From contig JAATEZ010000244.1 of assembly GCA_015655485.1 (NCBI GenBank), forward strand, positions 1 through 27,585: a DNA stretch of 27,585 nt, in the 5' to 3' direction. Position 1 is the stretch's first letter. Every line of letters begins with the position of its first letter. The position numbers and the translations under genes are program-made. The DNA comes from Lactobacillales bacterium. GTDB lineage: Bacteria; Bacillota; Bacilli; Lactobacillales; Vagococcaceae. The notes under the pieces were generated by a model that did not search any database, had not been told where the DNA came from, and worked only from the letters and a program-made list of their open reading frames with translations. Below are positions 6,527 to 16,349 of this stretch, piece after piece.

Positions 6527-9184
6527 TTATTTAGCATCATACCAAGTAGCTCCATGATTGCTATCTGCTTTTAAAGGAACATTCAAGCTTACCGCATTTT
6601 CCATCACTTCAGTGACCAGAGCTTCCAGTAAAGCGATCTCTTGAGTCGGTGCTTCAAAAACGACTTCATCATGGACCTGCAATAACAAAGTGGCCTGCCA
6701 TTTCTCCTGTTTTAAACGTTCCGAAATCTGGATCATAGCGATTTTCAAAATGTCGGCCGCCGTTCCCTGAATGGGTGTGTTGATGGCTGTCCGCTCAGCA
6801 AATGAACGCAAATTGTAATTGCGCGCATTGATGTCCGGCAAGTAGCGTCTTCTTTGATACAAAGTTTCAACATATCCCTTATCTTTGGCTACTCGTACAA
6901 CATCCGTCATATATTCCCGTACTCCAGGATATTTTTCAAAATACGTATCAATAAATTTTTGGGCCTGTTTTCTTGAGATTCCCAAATTTTGCGACAATCC
7001 ATAGTCGCTGATTCCATAAACGATCCCAAAATTGACAGCTTTTGCCTGTCTTCTCATATTTGGCGTCACTTGTTCAGCACGCTCGATCCCGAATACACGC
7101 ATCGCCGTACTGGCATGAATATCCTGGCCTTCAATAAAGGCTTGTTTTAAATGCTCATCGTCAGAAATATGGGCCAATACCCGCAATTCGATTTGAGAAT
7201 AATCCGAAGAAAAAATCTCCCAGCCTTTCTCTCTTGGCACAAAAGCCTGCCGCACTTTACGGCCTTCTTCAATACGAATCGGAATATTTTGCAGATTAGG
7301 ATCTACCGAACTTAAACGGCCCGTTTGAGTCAATGTCTGAATATAACGAGTATGAACTTTTCCATCGGCCGGATGGATCACTTTTAAAAGTCCTTCCACA
7401 TAAGTAGACTGAATTTTCATGATTTGCCGATAAGTCAGTATGTCTTCAATGATCGGAGCTTGCTCTTTTAGCTGTTCCAAAACATCGACCGCAGTTGAAT
7501 AACCGGTTTTTGTCTTTTTGATCACCGGCAAATTCATTTTCTCAAAAAGGATGACGCCCAGCTGTTTAGGAGAATTCAAATTGAATTCTTCTCCGGCCTG
7601 CTCATAAATTTTTGTTTCAATTTCTTGCAACCGCACCGCAAATTCCTGTTTCATATGCTGCAGCCGAGCCGCATCGACCCGTATGCCGGTAATCTCCATG
7701 TCAGCCAAAACAAAGGCCAGCGGCAGCTCCATTTTATAATAAAGTTTTTCTTGTCCAGTCTCTTTTAAATCCTTTTCAAAACGTTCAGCTAAATAATTGA
7801 CGGCTTGTGTTTTTCTTGCCAAATGTACTTGGAAGACACTTTCATCACTAGGAAGTCCTTTTTTGACCCCTTTTCCATAAACGGCTTCATCAGACTCGAT
7901 TTCTGAAAAATCATATTGCCGTGCCACTTCAGCTATATCTTCATTTTTATTATTCGTGTCTAGTATATACGACGCTAAGAGAACATCAAATTCAACCTGA
8001 CGCAACGTGATTTGATAACGAGAAAGCGCCACATAGGTTCTTTTGCAATCATATACTTTTTTCGTCATTTTTTTATCTTCCAGCCATGCTTTGAACCGGT
8101 CATCTGAAAGAATCGAATCCCCTTGAGCCACATAGATCTCCGTTTGATTTCCCCAGGATATTCCAACAATATCAGCCGTATGATAATTATCCTCCAACAT
8201 TTCCACGTGCAGAGCCATATTGTCAGAAAACATAGCCTCTGTTGCCTCGCCTTCTACTAAATGATAGTTGACTGTTTTTAGCGGTTCAGTCTGTGCGGCG
8301 ACTTCTTTTATATCCAATTTTTTCAAAAATGATTGAAAATCCATTTCTTTGTAAAATGGAATCAATTTTTCTAAATCTTTCCCGGAATAAACGAGTGATT
8401 CTACCGTGACAATGATGGGAGCAGTACAATTGATCGTGGCTAATTTTTTACTTAAAAATGCCGGTTCCTTATCTTGAATCAAGTTGTCTTTCATTTTACT
8501 TGGTTTGAATTCATTTATATGCTCATAAACCCCTTCTACAGAATGATATTCTTTCAAAAGCTTGATCGCTGTCTTTTCCCCGATTTTTGTTACTCCCGGT
8601 ATATTATCAGAAGCATCTCCCGCCAACCCTTTCATGTCAATGACTTGCTGCGGAAGCAGACCATATTTCTCCATGATATGAGCCGGTGTATAAGATTCTA
8701 TATCACTGACTCCTTTAACAGTCACTTCTACCTTGATATTGTCAGAAGCCAGCTGGGTCAGATCCTTATCTCCCGATAAAACGACTACATCAAAAATTTC
8801 CGGGTCGACTTTTTTTGCTAAGGTACCAATAATATCATCCGCTTCATACTGATCTAATTCATAGTATTTGATCCCTAATCCGATCAAAAGTTCCCTTATA
8901 TAGGGCATCTGCTCTTTAAATTCGCCGGGTGTTTTGGAACGTCCCGCCTTATAATCTTCATAAAACTCATGACGAAAAGTAGTTTTTCCAGCATCAAAGG
9001 CGACTAAAACATGGGTCGGCTGTTCCTTTGTCAAAACATTTTCAATCATCGTATTAAAAGCATAAATCGCATTTGTGTGCAATCCATTTCTATTTTTAAA
9101 ACGTTCCATGGAATTATGCAAGGCAAAAAATGCTCTAAAAGCTACACTATTCCCATCGATCAGTAATAATTTTTTTTTCGTCAT
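6527..9184 (-). CDS. polA: DNA polymerase I
   Basis: 5'-3' exonuclease ('LIDGNS', 'YEADDIIGT'), motif A 'DYSQIELRVLAH', motif B 'AKAVNFGIVYG' and motif C 'QVHDE'. Confidence 0.98.
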   Translation of the reverse strand: MTKKKLLLIDGNSVAFRAFFALHNSMERFKNRNGLHTNAIYAFNTMIENVLTKEQPTHVLVAFDAGKTTFRHEFYEDYKAGRSKTPGEFKEQMPYIRELLIGLGIKYYELDQYEADDIIGTLAKKVDPEIFDVVVLSGDKDLTQLASDNIKVEVTVKGVSDIESYTPAHIMEKYGLLPQQVIDMKGLAGDASDNIPGVTKIGEKTAIKLLKEYHSVEGVYEHINEFKPSKMKDNLIQDKEPAFLSKKLATINCTAPIIVTVESLVYSGKDLEKLIPFYKEMDFQSFLKKLDIKEVAAQTEPLKTVNYHLVEGEATEAMFSDNMALHVEMLEDNYHTADIVGISWGNQTEIYVAQGDSILSDDRFKAWLEDKKMTKKVYDCKRTYVALSRYQITLRQVEFDVLLASYILDTNNKNEDIAEVARQYDFSEIESDEAVYGKGVKKGLPSDESVFQVHLARKTQAVNYLAERFEKDLKETGQEKLYYKMELPLAFVLADMEITGIRVDAARLQHMKQEFAVRLQEIETKIYEQAGEEFNLNSPKQLGVILFEKMNLPVIKKTKTGYSTAVDVLEQLKEQAPIIEDILTYRQIMKIQSTYVEGLLKVIHPADGKVHTRYIQTLTQTGRLSSVDPNLQNIPIRIEEGRKVRQAFVPREKGWEIFSSDYSQIELRVLAHISDDEHLKQAFIEGQDIHASTAMRVFGIERAEQVTPNMRRQAKAVNFGIVYGISDYGLSQNLGISRKQAQKFIDTYFEKYPGVREYMTDVVRVAKDKGYVETLYQRRRYLPDINARNYNLRSFAERTAINTPIQGTAADILKIAMIQISERLKQEKWQATLLLQVHDEVVFEAPTQEIALLEALVTEVMENAVSLNVPLKADSNHGATWYDAK

Positions 9185-9219
9185 GGTCAGTCTCCGTTTC
9201 TTAGAATAGTTACTCCTCT

Positions 9220-9228
9220 ATTTTAACA
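9220..9228 (-). promoter_or_regulatory. Putative extended -10 promoter upstream of polA
   Basis: The minus strand reads TGT-TAAAAT about 35 bp upstream of the polA ATG. Confidence 0.4.
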
Positions 9229-9312
9229 AATATAACGTTGAATTCATAATGATATCAGCCGTTTTACCGAAGAATATTTCGTAGCAGCGAAACACGGCCA
9301 AAAATATTCCAT

Positions 9313-10068
9313 TTAGTTTAATAACTGTTGTAAGATCATGAGATTGGCATGATTATTTCTCCTTTTCACTGCTGATGAATAAGGATCATGGATAAAAAAC
9401 CCAGGATTTTCTTCACCGCATATGTCGGCACCAACCACTTCATGATTTTTTTTTAACCAATTTAAAATCCTCAGCAGCTCAGCCATCCTCATAGTTCCCT
9501 GATCCCAATTCGTTGAAACCTCACTCTTGGATAAAACATCTTTATCAATACTTATATAGACAGCTTCGTTCCCGCAGCAAAGAGACAGCTCCTTTAAAAA
9601 AAACGGATCCCCAACAGTGGAACTTTCTTTAAAAATTTTGATTTTAGCTCTTTCTTCCATGGGGAAATGAACAGACAAAGCCGGGTCGACTCCTATCATG
9701 ATCACTTTCTGCAAATTAGTTATTTTTTCTAAAGAAGTCGTGACCCAAGATCCGCAAGATAAAATATTTTCAGCCGGATTTGCTAAAGCATCTGTATGAT
9801 GGTCAAACAAAACCAGGGTAAATGGCTGTCCAATAAAAGATAACAATGCTTGCGTGATGTAATGATAGTTGCCGCTGCCTAAGTAATTTACAGCCGGATG
9901 AAGCTGGTTTGCCAAAACCTGCCGTATAGTTTCAAATGTCTTTGTTTCACAGTAGCAATAAGTGCCTTGCAGCTGCCGAAAATCTATTCATTGATACGTG
10001 AGATCCTGATAAAAGTCCTGATTGCAATAAATATCGTTCAAGGCTAAAATATTGACTGATTGAAACAT
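9313..10068 (-). pseudogene. Arginase/ureohydrolase-fold protein interrupted by one in-frame TGA at 9990-9988
   Basis: A strong RBS (AGGAGGAGGTG) precedes the ATG at 10068. The frame reads MFQSVNILALNDIYCNQDFYQDLTYQ*IDFRQLQGTYCYCETKTFETIRQVLANQLH..., in frame with the track ORF 9313-9915. Motifs 'GSGNYHY', 'FDHHTD', 'YISIDKDVL' and 'GADICGE' are present. Confidence 0.8.
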
Positions 10069-10367
10069 GACTGCCACCTCCTCCTATAAAATAAAAACTT
10101 TTACTAAACATAAAGTGATCCTCAGTAAAAAACATTCTATTTCCAGCTTACCCGCACTCTCCTGATTCAAGCATAACTCCGATGAGATCTTCCGGCAACT
10201 TTTATTTTGAAAAAACGTTCAGCCTAACTAACCATACCTTATGTCATTTTGGATGGTTTTTTTTATTAAGTAATATAAATGAATGGATCCTTAATTTAAG
10301 TATGTTCAATTTGGCCTATAGATTCAATGCCCCTGCGAGATTGACTGTCTTTACTTCTGTCTACTAT

Positions 10368-10413
10368 AAAAAAAACAGCAGTGCGGCACCACTGTCGTGG
10401 GTTTACACTGCTG
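10368..10413 (-). terminator. Intrinsic terminator after the YccA-family gene
   Basis: CAGCAGTG (10376-10383) and CACTGCTG (10406-10413) form the stem, followed on the minus strand by T8 (A-run 10368-10375). Confidence 0.8.
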
Positions 10414-10443
10414 AATCTTAGGATGTTTGACAGAGAATCAAAA

Positions 10444-11160
10444 TCAATTCTTGCTGCCGAAAATTCTCAAAAAGGCTAAAAACAAATTGATAAAGTCAAG
10501 ATAAAGCGTCAGCGCACAATAAACGGCGATCCCGGAAAGACCGGATTCTTCGCCATAGTGATAATAAATTTTTTTGATTTTTTGATGATCATAAGCGGTC
10601 AATCCGGAAAAAATCAGAACGATCAGAATACTTAACAGTAAATCCACCGGTGAGCTCTTCAGTAAAAAGACATTTAAGAATGTGGCGATGATCACACCGA
10701 TCAATGCGGAAATTCCAGCCTGGCCGATCCCGCTTAAATCTTTCTTGGTTCTGGTTCCTACTACAGCCATTGCACCGTAAGTAACTGCTGCCGAAGCAAA
10801 AGCATAAGCAATCGTATTTATATTATACATCGCTAAAGTGACCGAAAGCGTTAGACCATTCAAAACGGAGTAAACAATAAATCCACTGACTGCCAGAGTT
10901 GGATTTTTCAAGGCTTTGGTACTCAGAAAAATAACCAGTGCAAATTCAGCGATCCAAATGCCGTAAAAAGCAATTCGATTGTAGGCAAAGAAACTTACTA
11001 CCTGATAGAGATACTGATCGATCACAACGTAAGAAGTCAGCGCACTGATGGCGATACCGATTCCGAGGATCCCATAAACTTTAGCAAAAAAACCGGCCAC
11101 TCCTGCGGTAAGTTTCGCATTAGGCTGTCTTTGTTCCATATTATTCATTTCATTCATCAC
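10444..11160 (-). CDS. Bax inhibitor-1/YccA-family membrane protein
   Basis: About 7 hydrophobic segments, 'YSVLNGLTLS', 'GLTAYDHQKIK' and C-terminal 'ALTLYLDFINLFL'. The start overlaps the MaoC stop. Confidence 0.93.
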   Translation of the reverse strand: MMNEMNNMEQRQPNAKLTAGVAGFFAKVYGILGIGIAISALTSYVVIDQYLYQVVSFFAYNRIAFYGIWIAEFALVIFLSTKALKNPTLAVSGFIVYSVLNGLTLSVTLAMYNINTIAYAFASAAVTYGAMAVVGTRTKKDLSGIGQAGISALIGVIIATFLNVFLLKSSPVDLLLSILIVLIFSGLTAYDHQKIKKIYYHYGEESGLSGIAVYCALTLYLDFINLFLAFLRIFGSKN

Positions 11161-11632
11161 TTGTTTCCTCCTTCAATTCTTCTAGATCTTCTATTTTTAG
11201 TTGAGGCGGCTGTACCATGATCATGGCATCCAAAACACGTTCTTCTTTAGAATTTACTGCTTCAACAGATATCATGATGACTTCTTTTCTGTGATCCACT
11301 TTAATGACCTTCAACTGAAAAGTCAAAGTCTCATAATGATAGACAGGTTCAATAAAGTTTATAGAGAAATTGACAATATTGGAACCCGGGCCGGGCAAAT
11401 GCTTCGAAACAGCACTGGTAATGATCCCAATCAGCATAACTGTAGGCACTATAGGCTTTTCAAACTCTGTTTTTTTCGCATAATCATGCTGAATGTAGAG
11501 CGGGTTGGCATCATTAGTCAATCCCAAATATAATAATAATTCATTATCTTCAATGGACTCGGTCAAACTTAACGTCTCACCCTCTTCGATACTATCAATA
11601 GTTTTCCCTAATTTTCTGGGCTTGCCTATCAT
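11150..11632 (-). CDS. MaoC-like (hotdog-fold) dehydratase
   Basis: Hydratase-2-like 'LTNDANPLYIQHDYA', plus 'HLPGPG' and 'FIEPVYH'. Confidence 0.88.
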   Translation of the reverse strand: MIGKPRKLGKTIDSIEEGETLSLTESIEDNELLLYLGLTNDANPLYIQHDYAKKTEFEKPIVPTVMLIGIITSAVSKHLPGPGSNIVNFSINFIEPVYHYETLTFQLKVIKVDHRKEVIMISVEAVNSKEERVLDAMIMVQPPQLKIEDLEELKEETSDE

Positions 11633-11712
11633 AATAGAAAAACCACCTCCGCTATTTCTTTTCTTTATTGTATCAAATCTTAAAAAAAGCGCAAGTTAAG
11701 TACTCTCAACAG

Positions 11713-12009
11713 CTAAAAAAATTTAGACTTAACTAATTTATTGAACACAACATATTCTTTTTTCAGGTCTACTTTAACAACCTCATAACCTGCATTTAAC
11801 CAGCCATAAGCGCCTTTTTCCGGATGCTTATAGTCATTGGCCCACCAATCATTAGAAATTTTAGCAGATTTCGGCAATCCAGAGTGCGGAAAAAGAATCT
11901 CATCAAACTGAGTAAACGTCAGGGTTACTTGCGAGCCGCCATTTAATTTAAAATAAGAGGTCAGCAAATCATATTTTTTAAGCCGATATTTTTTTTTATG
12001 CGCAATCAT
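11713..12009 (-). CDS. Small conserved hypothetical protein (DUF7662-like)
   Basis: The pattern 'KYDLL..Y....VTLTF...EIL....LP.SA.....WWAN.......WLNAGY.V..VD' is one I recall for this DUF. RBS GGGGAGG lies upstream. Confidence 0.7.
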   Translation of the reverse strand: MIAHKKKYRLKKYDLLTSYFKLNGGSQVTLTFTQFDEILFPHSGLPKSAKISNDWWANDYKHPEKGAYGWLNAGYEVVKVDLKKEYVVFNKLVKSKFF

Positions 12010-12103
12010 TGGATTTTCCTCCCCTGCTGCTTTTAACTATCTTCATTATCGCATAAAAGCAACAGGTTGCAACAAAAAAGCTGTCAAATTCTTGCCAAAG
12101 AGC

Positions 12104-13210
12104 CTATTTCTCTGCTACATTTCTTTTGACTTGCTTATCTGTTTTTTTCAGAGCAGAACGCTCCGCATAAAAATGCCAATCGATTTTACGTGCTTGACAC
12201 CAGGTCACCAGCGGATCATAAAAAACCAGGTCTGTATACTCTAACTCAGAAATATTTTTCCTCCCTAAAAGCGTCAACAACGTCTTTAAACTTTCTTTCC
12301 AAGACTCAACTTCTTTGATCGTTTCATTGACTCCTCTGGATAAAATCAAATGTAAAAATTGACCCGACAGACCTACCGCCTTCGCACCGAGCGCATAGGC
12401 TTTGATCATGTCCATTGGCGACTTGATCCCGCCAGAGGCAAGGATCTCTAATTGATTTTTATAAGAAGCCGCCTCAAGCAAAGAAATGGCTGTGGATTGT
12501 CCCCATTCTTGAACAAAGGAATAATTCTGATCCGCTCTGCGTTCATTTTCAATCGCGGCAAAATTGGTCCCTCCGCGGCCGCTGACATCGATCGTTTGAA
12601 CACCGATATTTTTTAACTGTTGGATGGTTTCTCTGCTCATCCCGAAGCCAACCTCTTTTACAATCACCGGCACCCCAACATGGGCAACGATTTTTTCAAT
12701 ATTCTCGAGCCAATGACTAAAGTCGCGTTCGCCTTCTGCCATGAGGAGCTCTTGCGGCGCGTTCACATGGATCTGCAAGGCTTGTGCCTGCAAGAGTTCC
12801 ACTGCGATTTTGGCGTTCTCTAAGGAGTGTTCTGCCCCCAAATTTGCAAATACGACTCCTTTGGGATTCATTTTTCGAATGATTTGAAAGCTTGGTTTTA
12901 CTTGCTCATTTTTGATCGCTGCATTGATCGATCCAGTTGCCATAGCCAGATTGGTTTCCCTGGCAACTATAGCCAGATCTCGATTGATCGCTGCAGTTTT
13001 TGTACTCCCGCCAGTCATTCCGTTAATAAAAAAAGGAGTTTCTAAATGCAATTTTGAAAAAGAAGTCCCTAATTGTACTTCCGACTGTTTTATCTGCGGT
13101 AAAGAATGGTGCACAAACCTGATCGCATCAAAATCGTTAGGTGAAGACTCCTGATATAATTTTTCAGCCAATTTGACATGTTCATCTTTACGTCTGCCTA
13201 TTTGATCCAA
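12104..13210 (-). CDS. fni: Type 2 (FMN-dependent) isopentenyl-diphosphate delta-isomerase
   Basis: 'RKDEH', 'INGMTGG', 'HVNAPQE', 'KEVGFG', 'GGTNFAAIE', 'ASGGI'. The likely start is TTG at 13210 after GAGAGGAG; the track start at 13249 overlaps mvaK2. Confidence 0.96.
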   Translation of the reverse strand: MDQIGRRKDEHVKLAEKLYQESSPNDFDAIRFVHHSLPQIKQSEVQLGTSFSKLHLETPFFINGMTGGSTKTAAINRDLAIVARETNLAMATGSINAAIKNEQVKPSFQIIRKMNPKGVVFANLGAEHSLENAKIAVELLQAQALQIHVNAPQELLMAEGERDFSHWLENIEKIVAHVGVPVIVKEVGFGMSRETIQQLKNIGVQTIDVSGRGGTNFAAIENERRADQNYSFVQEWGQSTAISLLEAASYKNQLEILASGGIKSPMDMIKAYALGAKAVGLSGQFLHLILSRGVNETIKEVESWKESLKTLLTLLGRKNISELEYTDLVFYDPLVTWCQARKIDWHFYAERSALKKTDKQVKRNVAEK

Positions 13211-13223
13211 TTTCGTTCTCCTC

Positions 13224-14318
13224 TCAATAAATAATACTTTCTTGTTCATGGCTCATGGTATATACCTGTAAGGGCAGATCAACGATCCCAAAGGTTTGCC
13301 ACTGATCGACCAGAGACTGTACTTCGTCCCCATGGTCTAAAATGACGATTCCGCAATCTCCGCCGCCGGCGCCGGAAGATTTAGCTGAACCATTATATTT
13401 GCAAGCGATCTTGCAAAGCATTTGCAGCGCCGGCGTTTCGATCTGAATTCCGCTTTTATCAGATAATTTCTGCAAAAGCTTGCGATTAGCCTGGATCCCA
13501 TTTTTGATTGAATCTAAATCCCCCTTTTGAAAAGCCTGGATCATGTGGTTCACACAATCTTTGCTGGCAGCTAAAAACTGAGTGTAAAAGCCATTCATTT
13601 TTGCTTGTTCTTCTTTCACTAAATCAACTAAATGAGTCGTCGAAGCAGGAATCCCTGTCCAGCCTATCAACAAGTGCAGCCTTTCCGGCGGCTGCAGGGG
13701 TTGGATCATCAGCTTTGGCCAGGGGGTGTTTAGTAGCTTTTTAAGCGGCCATTCTTTTTGTTTTGCCAATACCCAATCCCGGTCAAAACAAGAATAAGCC
13801 AGCCAGCCACCATAAGTGCTGGCAGCCAAGTCTCCAAAAGAACCATTGCTTTTGATGGAAAGGTGAGCCAAAGCCGCTAATTTATAAATGGTTTCTGCTG
13901 AACAGACTACCTCATAAAAATCAAGCAAAGCCTTAATGGTCGCAACAGTTACTGCACCGCTGGAACCTAAACCATATTTTTTCCCTTCCTGATTATCCAG
14001 TTCACTTAAAACTTCTAAATCAAAAAAATGAAGATTTTTCCCTAGTTCCATTAAATATTTTTCAGTGATCGCCATTGCCTCAGTAATGTAGGCAAACGGA
14101 TTTTCTCTTTCATCAATCATTAATTGTCCGTTTTTCCTAGTCCAGGGAACAGCTAAACCGCCATATTGACTAGAACGAATACTCCCGCTGTTCTCTGCTT
14201 TACATAATCTTATCTTGATAAATTGATTTAAAGCAACAATTATTGCCGGATGATCCGGTTCTAAAACGGCATACTCTCCCGCAATATACAATTTGCCTGG
14301 TGCGCTCGCTTCGATCAC
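13224..14318 (-). CDS. mvaK2: Phosphomevalonate kinase
   Basis: 'APGKLYIAGEYAV', 'KYGLGSSGAVTV', 'GSFGDLAASTYGG', 'AKSSGAGGGDCGI'. Confidence 0.96.
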   Translation of the reverse strand: MIEASAPGKLYIAGEYAVLEPDHPAIIVALNQFIKIRLCKAENSGSIRSSQYGGLAVPWTRKNGQLMIDERENPFAYITEAMAITEKYLMELGKNLHFFDLEVLSELDNQEGKKYGLGSSGAVTVATIKALLDFYEVVCSAETIYKLAALAHLSIKSNGSFGDLAASTYGGWLAYSCFDRDWVLAKQKEWPLKKLLNTPWPKLMIQPLQPPERLHLLIGWTGIPASTTHLVDLVKEEQAKMNGFYTQFLAASKDCVNHMIQAFQKGDLDSIKNGIQANRKLLQKLSDKSGIQIETPALQMLCKIACKYNGSAKSSGAGGGDCGIVILDHGDEVQSLVDQWQTFGIVDLPLQVYTMSHEQESIIY

Positions 14319-14370
14319 AATAATTTTCCCTCTTTTCCTACATAAAAATGATAGCGACTTGATAGAAAAC

Positions 14371-15366
14371 TCAATGAGCTTGCCACTCTTCTTCTGATAA
14401 TAATTTCATATCCGGACCAACACCGGATATGATTATTTTTTCAGTATCAAACTCTTCCAGCAAGGCTTCTCTGATTTTTTCAGTGTCAGAATACTGGCAG
14501 AGGATCTTCACATTGGGACCAGCGTCCATTGTAGTATAGCATAGGATACCCTCATTTCGTAGTTCGGCAGCTTTTTGCAGCACACGGATACTATCCGGCT
14601 CAAAATAGCAGATAGGCGGCAGCGCTCCGAACATCATGCCATGCATTTTCATTGAGTTTGATTCTGTGAGCCAACCAAGTTTTTCAAAGTCATGATTCTT
14701 TATGGCAGAACGCATAGCAATCAGATCCTCTTCCGCACTCTTTACCCAGGCAGAATAAAATGGTGAAGTCGCTGCCGTTCGTCTCATCCCTTCCCGGCTG
14801 GATAACTTCTTCTTTTTTTTGTTGATAGCAACGATCACCATCCCAATGTCCCAGTTGCCGGCGTCGATAGGGATCGCAAAACTATCAGAATTTTTTGTTC
14901 CCTTCTGCCATTCAACGAAACCGCCGAAAATGCTTCTGGTCGCACTCCCGCTGCCGCGTCTGGCATAAGTGGAGAGGACCCGGCCGGATAAATCGAGTCC
15001 AATCGCCTGATTGGCCGCCCCGGCCAATGCAGCAAAGGCGGAAGCGGAAGAAGCCAGTCCCGCCGCAGTAGGAACATGATTATAGCTTAAAACTGCAGCA
15101 TAACTTTTCACAGCACCGGCCTGTCTAAAAAGATCAAGAAAATCAGTTATCTTATCGGTCTCTTTTTTTTCTTGTTTTTCCTCATTTAACCAAAAAGAAT
15201 CCCGGGTCAGCGTTTCATCAAAGACAACCTTAGTATCTGTATAAAAAGCATCCAGAGTTAAAGAAAGACTGCCGTTCATTGGCAGAAATAATTTTTCATT
15301 TTGTTTTCCCCAATATTTGACTAGCGCTATATTTGTGTGTGCTCGGGCAATCCCAACTTTTTTCAT
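14371..15366 (-). CDS. mvaD: Diphosphomevalonate decarboxylase
   Basis: 'AHTNIALVKYWGK', 'PTAAGLASSAS', 'GSGSATRS', 'DAGPNVK'. Confidence 0.97.
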   Translation of the reverse strand: MKKVGIARAHTNIALVKYWGKQNEKLFLPMNGSLSLTLDAFYTDTKVVFDETLTRDSFWLNEEKQEKKETDKITDFLDLFRQAGAVKSYAAVLSYNHVPTAAGLASSASAFAALAGAANQAIGLDLSGRVLSTYARRGSGSATRSIFGGFVEWQKGTKNSDSFAIPIDAGNWDIGMVIVAINKKKKKLSSREGMRRTAATSPFYSAWVKSAEEDLIAMRSAIKNHDFEKLGWLTESNSMKMHGMMFGALPPICYFEPDSIRVLQKAAELRNEGILCYTTMDAGPNVKILCQYSDTEKIREALLEEFDTEKIIISGVGPDMKLLSEEEWQAH

Positions 15367-16310
15367 GATATTCCCCTCATTTCATAGATCCATGTTGCAC
15401 GTGCCCCGGCCAGAGTCAGCTCAAGACAAATTTCTTCAGCTTTCTTTCTATCGGAAGCTAAAGCGATCATACAGCCGCCGCGGCCGCCGCCGGTCAATTT
15501 TGCCCCTAAGGCCCCTGCCGAATCGGCTGTTTCAATCAAATGATCCAGCTCATAACTTGAAACATCGAGCTCTTTTAGTAATTTTTGCCCTTCACTCATT
15601 GCCTTTCCTAATGAAGCGGCATCATTTTTTTCAAGAAATCCACGTGACCTTTTAACCAAATCACCAATATTGTCCAGATTTTTTTGATAATATTCAGCTT
15701 TTGATCCCCGTATTTTTTCTGCAACACTGGCTACAGCCGCTTTGGTCTGTCCTGTTTTTCCAGTGTCGCCAACCACTAGTACTGCGTCCAAATTTAAAGT
15801 TAAAGGACAAAATTCTTTTCCTTTGATAAAATATAAAGGAGTCTCTTCACTGGTCATTAGGGCATCCAGGCCGCTTGGATTCCCATGAGCAATGGTCTCA
15901 GCGGCAGCAACTATCGTTAATAGTTTTTTTTTCGACAGCTTCCTGCCAAAATAATTATATAGCGCGCGAGTCAACGCGACGGCAACTGCCGCACTTGAAC
16001 CCATTCCCCGCTCAGCTGGAATACTGCTTTCAATTTTGATTTTCAATTTTGCTGATTGCTGATTTAAATCCGTCAAAACAAGTTCCGCTACTTTTCGCAA
16101 GCTCTCCAATAATTCCGGCATCTTTGCTAAAACACCTGAATAAAAAGCACAATCGATCGTTGGTTCACCAGAAGTTTCGGTTACCGTTACTTCCATTTTC
16201 GTTGCCGGAAAAGGAAAGGCAATAGCAGGCTGCCCATAAACCACCGCATGCTCTCCCATTAATATGATTTTTCCGTGAGCAAAGCCCCGGCCGATCTTTA
16301 TTTCTTCCAT
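15363..16310 (-). CDS. mvk: Mevalonate kinase
   Basis: 'GKIILMGEHAVVYG', 'IPAERGMGSSAA', 'HGNPSGLD', 'GAKLTGGGRGG'. Start is the ATG at 16310 or the TTG at 16325; the stop overlaps the mvaD start. Confidence 0.96.
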   Translation of the reverse strand: MEEIKIGRGFAHGKIILMGEHAVVYGQPAIAFPFPATKMEVTVTETSGEPTIDCAFYSGVLAKMPELLESLRKVAELVLTDLNQQSAKLKIKIESSIPAERGMGSSAAVAVALTRALYNYFGRKLSKKKLLTIVAAAETIAHGNPSGLDALMTSEETPLYFIKGKEFCPLTLNLDAVLVVGDTGKTGQTKAAVASVAEKIRGSKAEYYQKNLDNIGDLVKRSRGFLEKNDAASLGKAMSEGQKLLKELDVSSYELDHLIETADSAGALGAKLTGGGRGGCMIALASDRKKAEEICLELTLAGARATWIYEMRGIS

Positions 16311-16349
16311 TCCACAAACACCCAATTCTCTTTCCCATTTTTTAAAAAA

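Noticed and set aside
9949-9990. Selenocysteine recoding of the TGA; a weak hairpin GCAG-CT-GCAA-GGCACTTA-TTGC-TA-CTGT starts 12 nt downstream with GG at the loop start
   Set aside because: The geometry loosely fits a bacterial SECIS, but that model is permissive and the stem is weak. By recall the aligned residue is Trp rather than Cys, and no sel genes are in the window. A genome search for selA/selB/selC would settle it.
9947-10135. Track ORF of 62 aa (MFFTEDHF...) and the 79-aa plus-strand ORF at 10182-10421
   Set aside because: The first overlaps the RBS and true 5' end of the arginase-like gene in another frame. Neither has an RBS or a recognisable protein motif.
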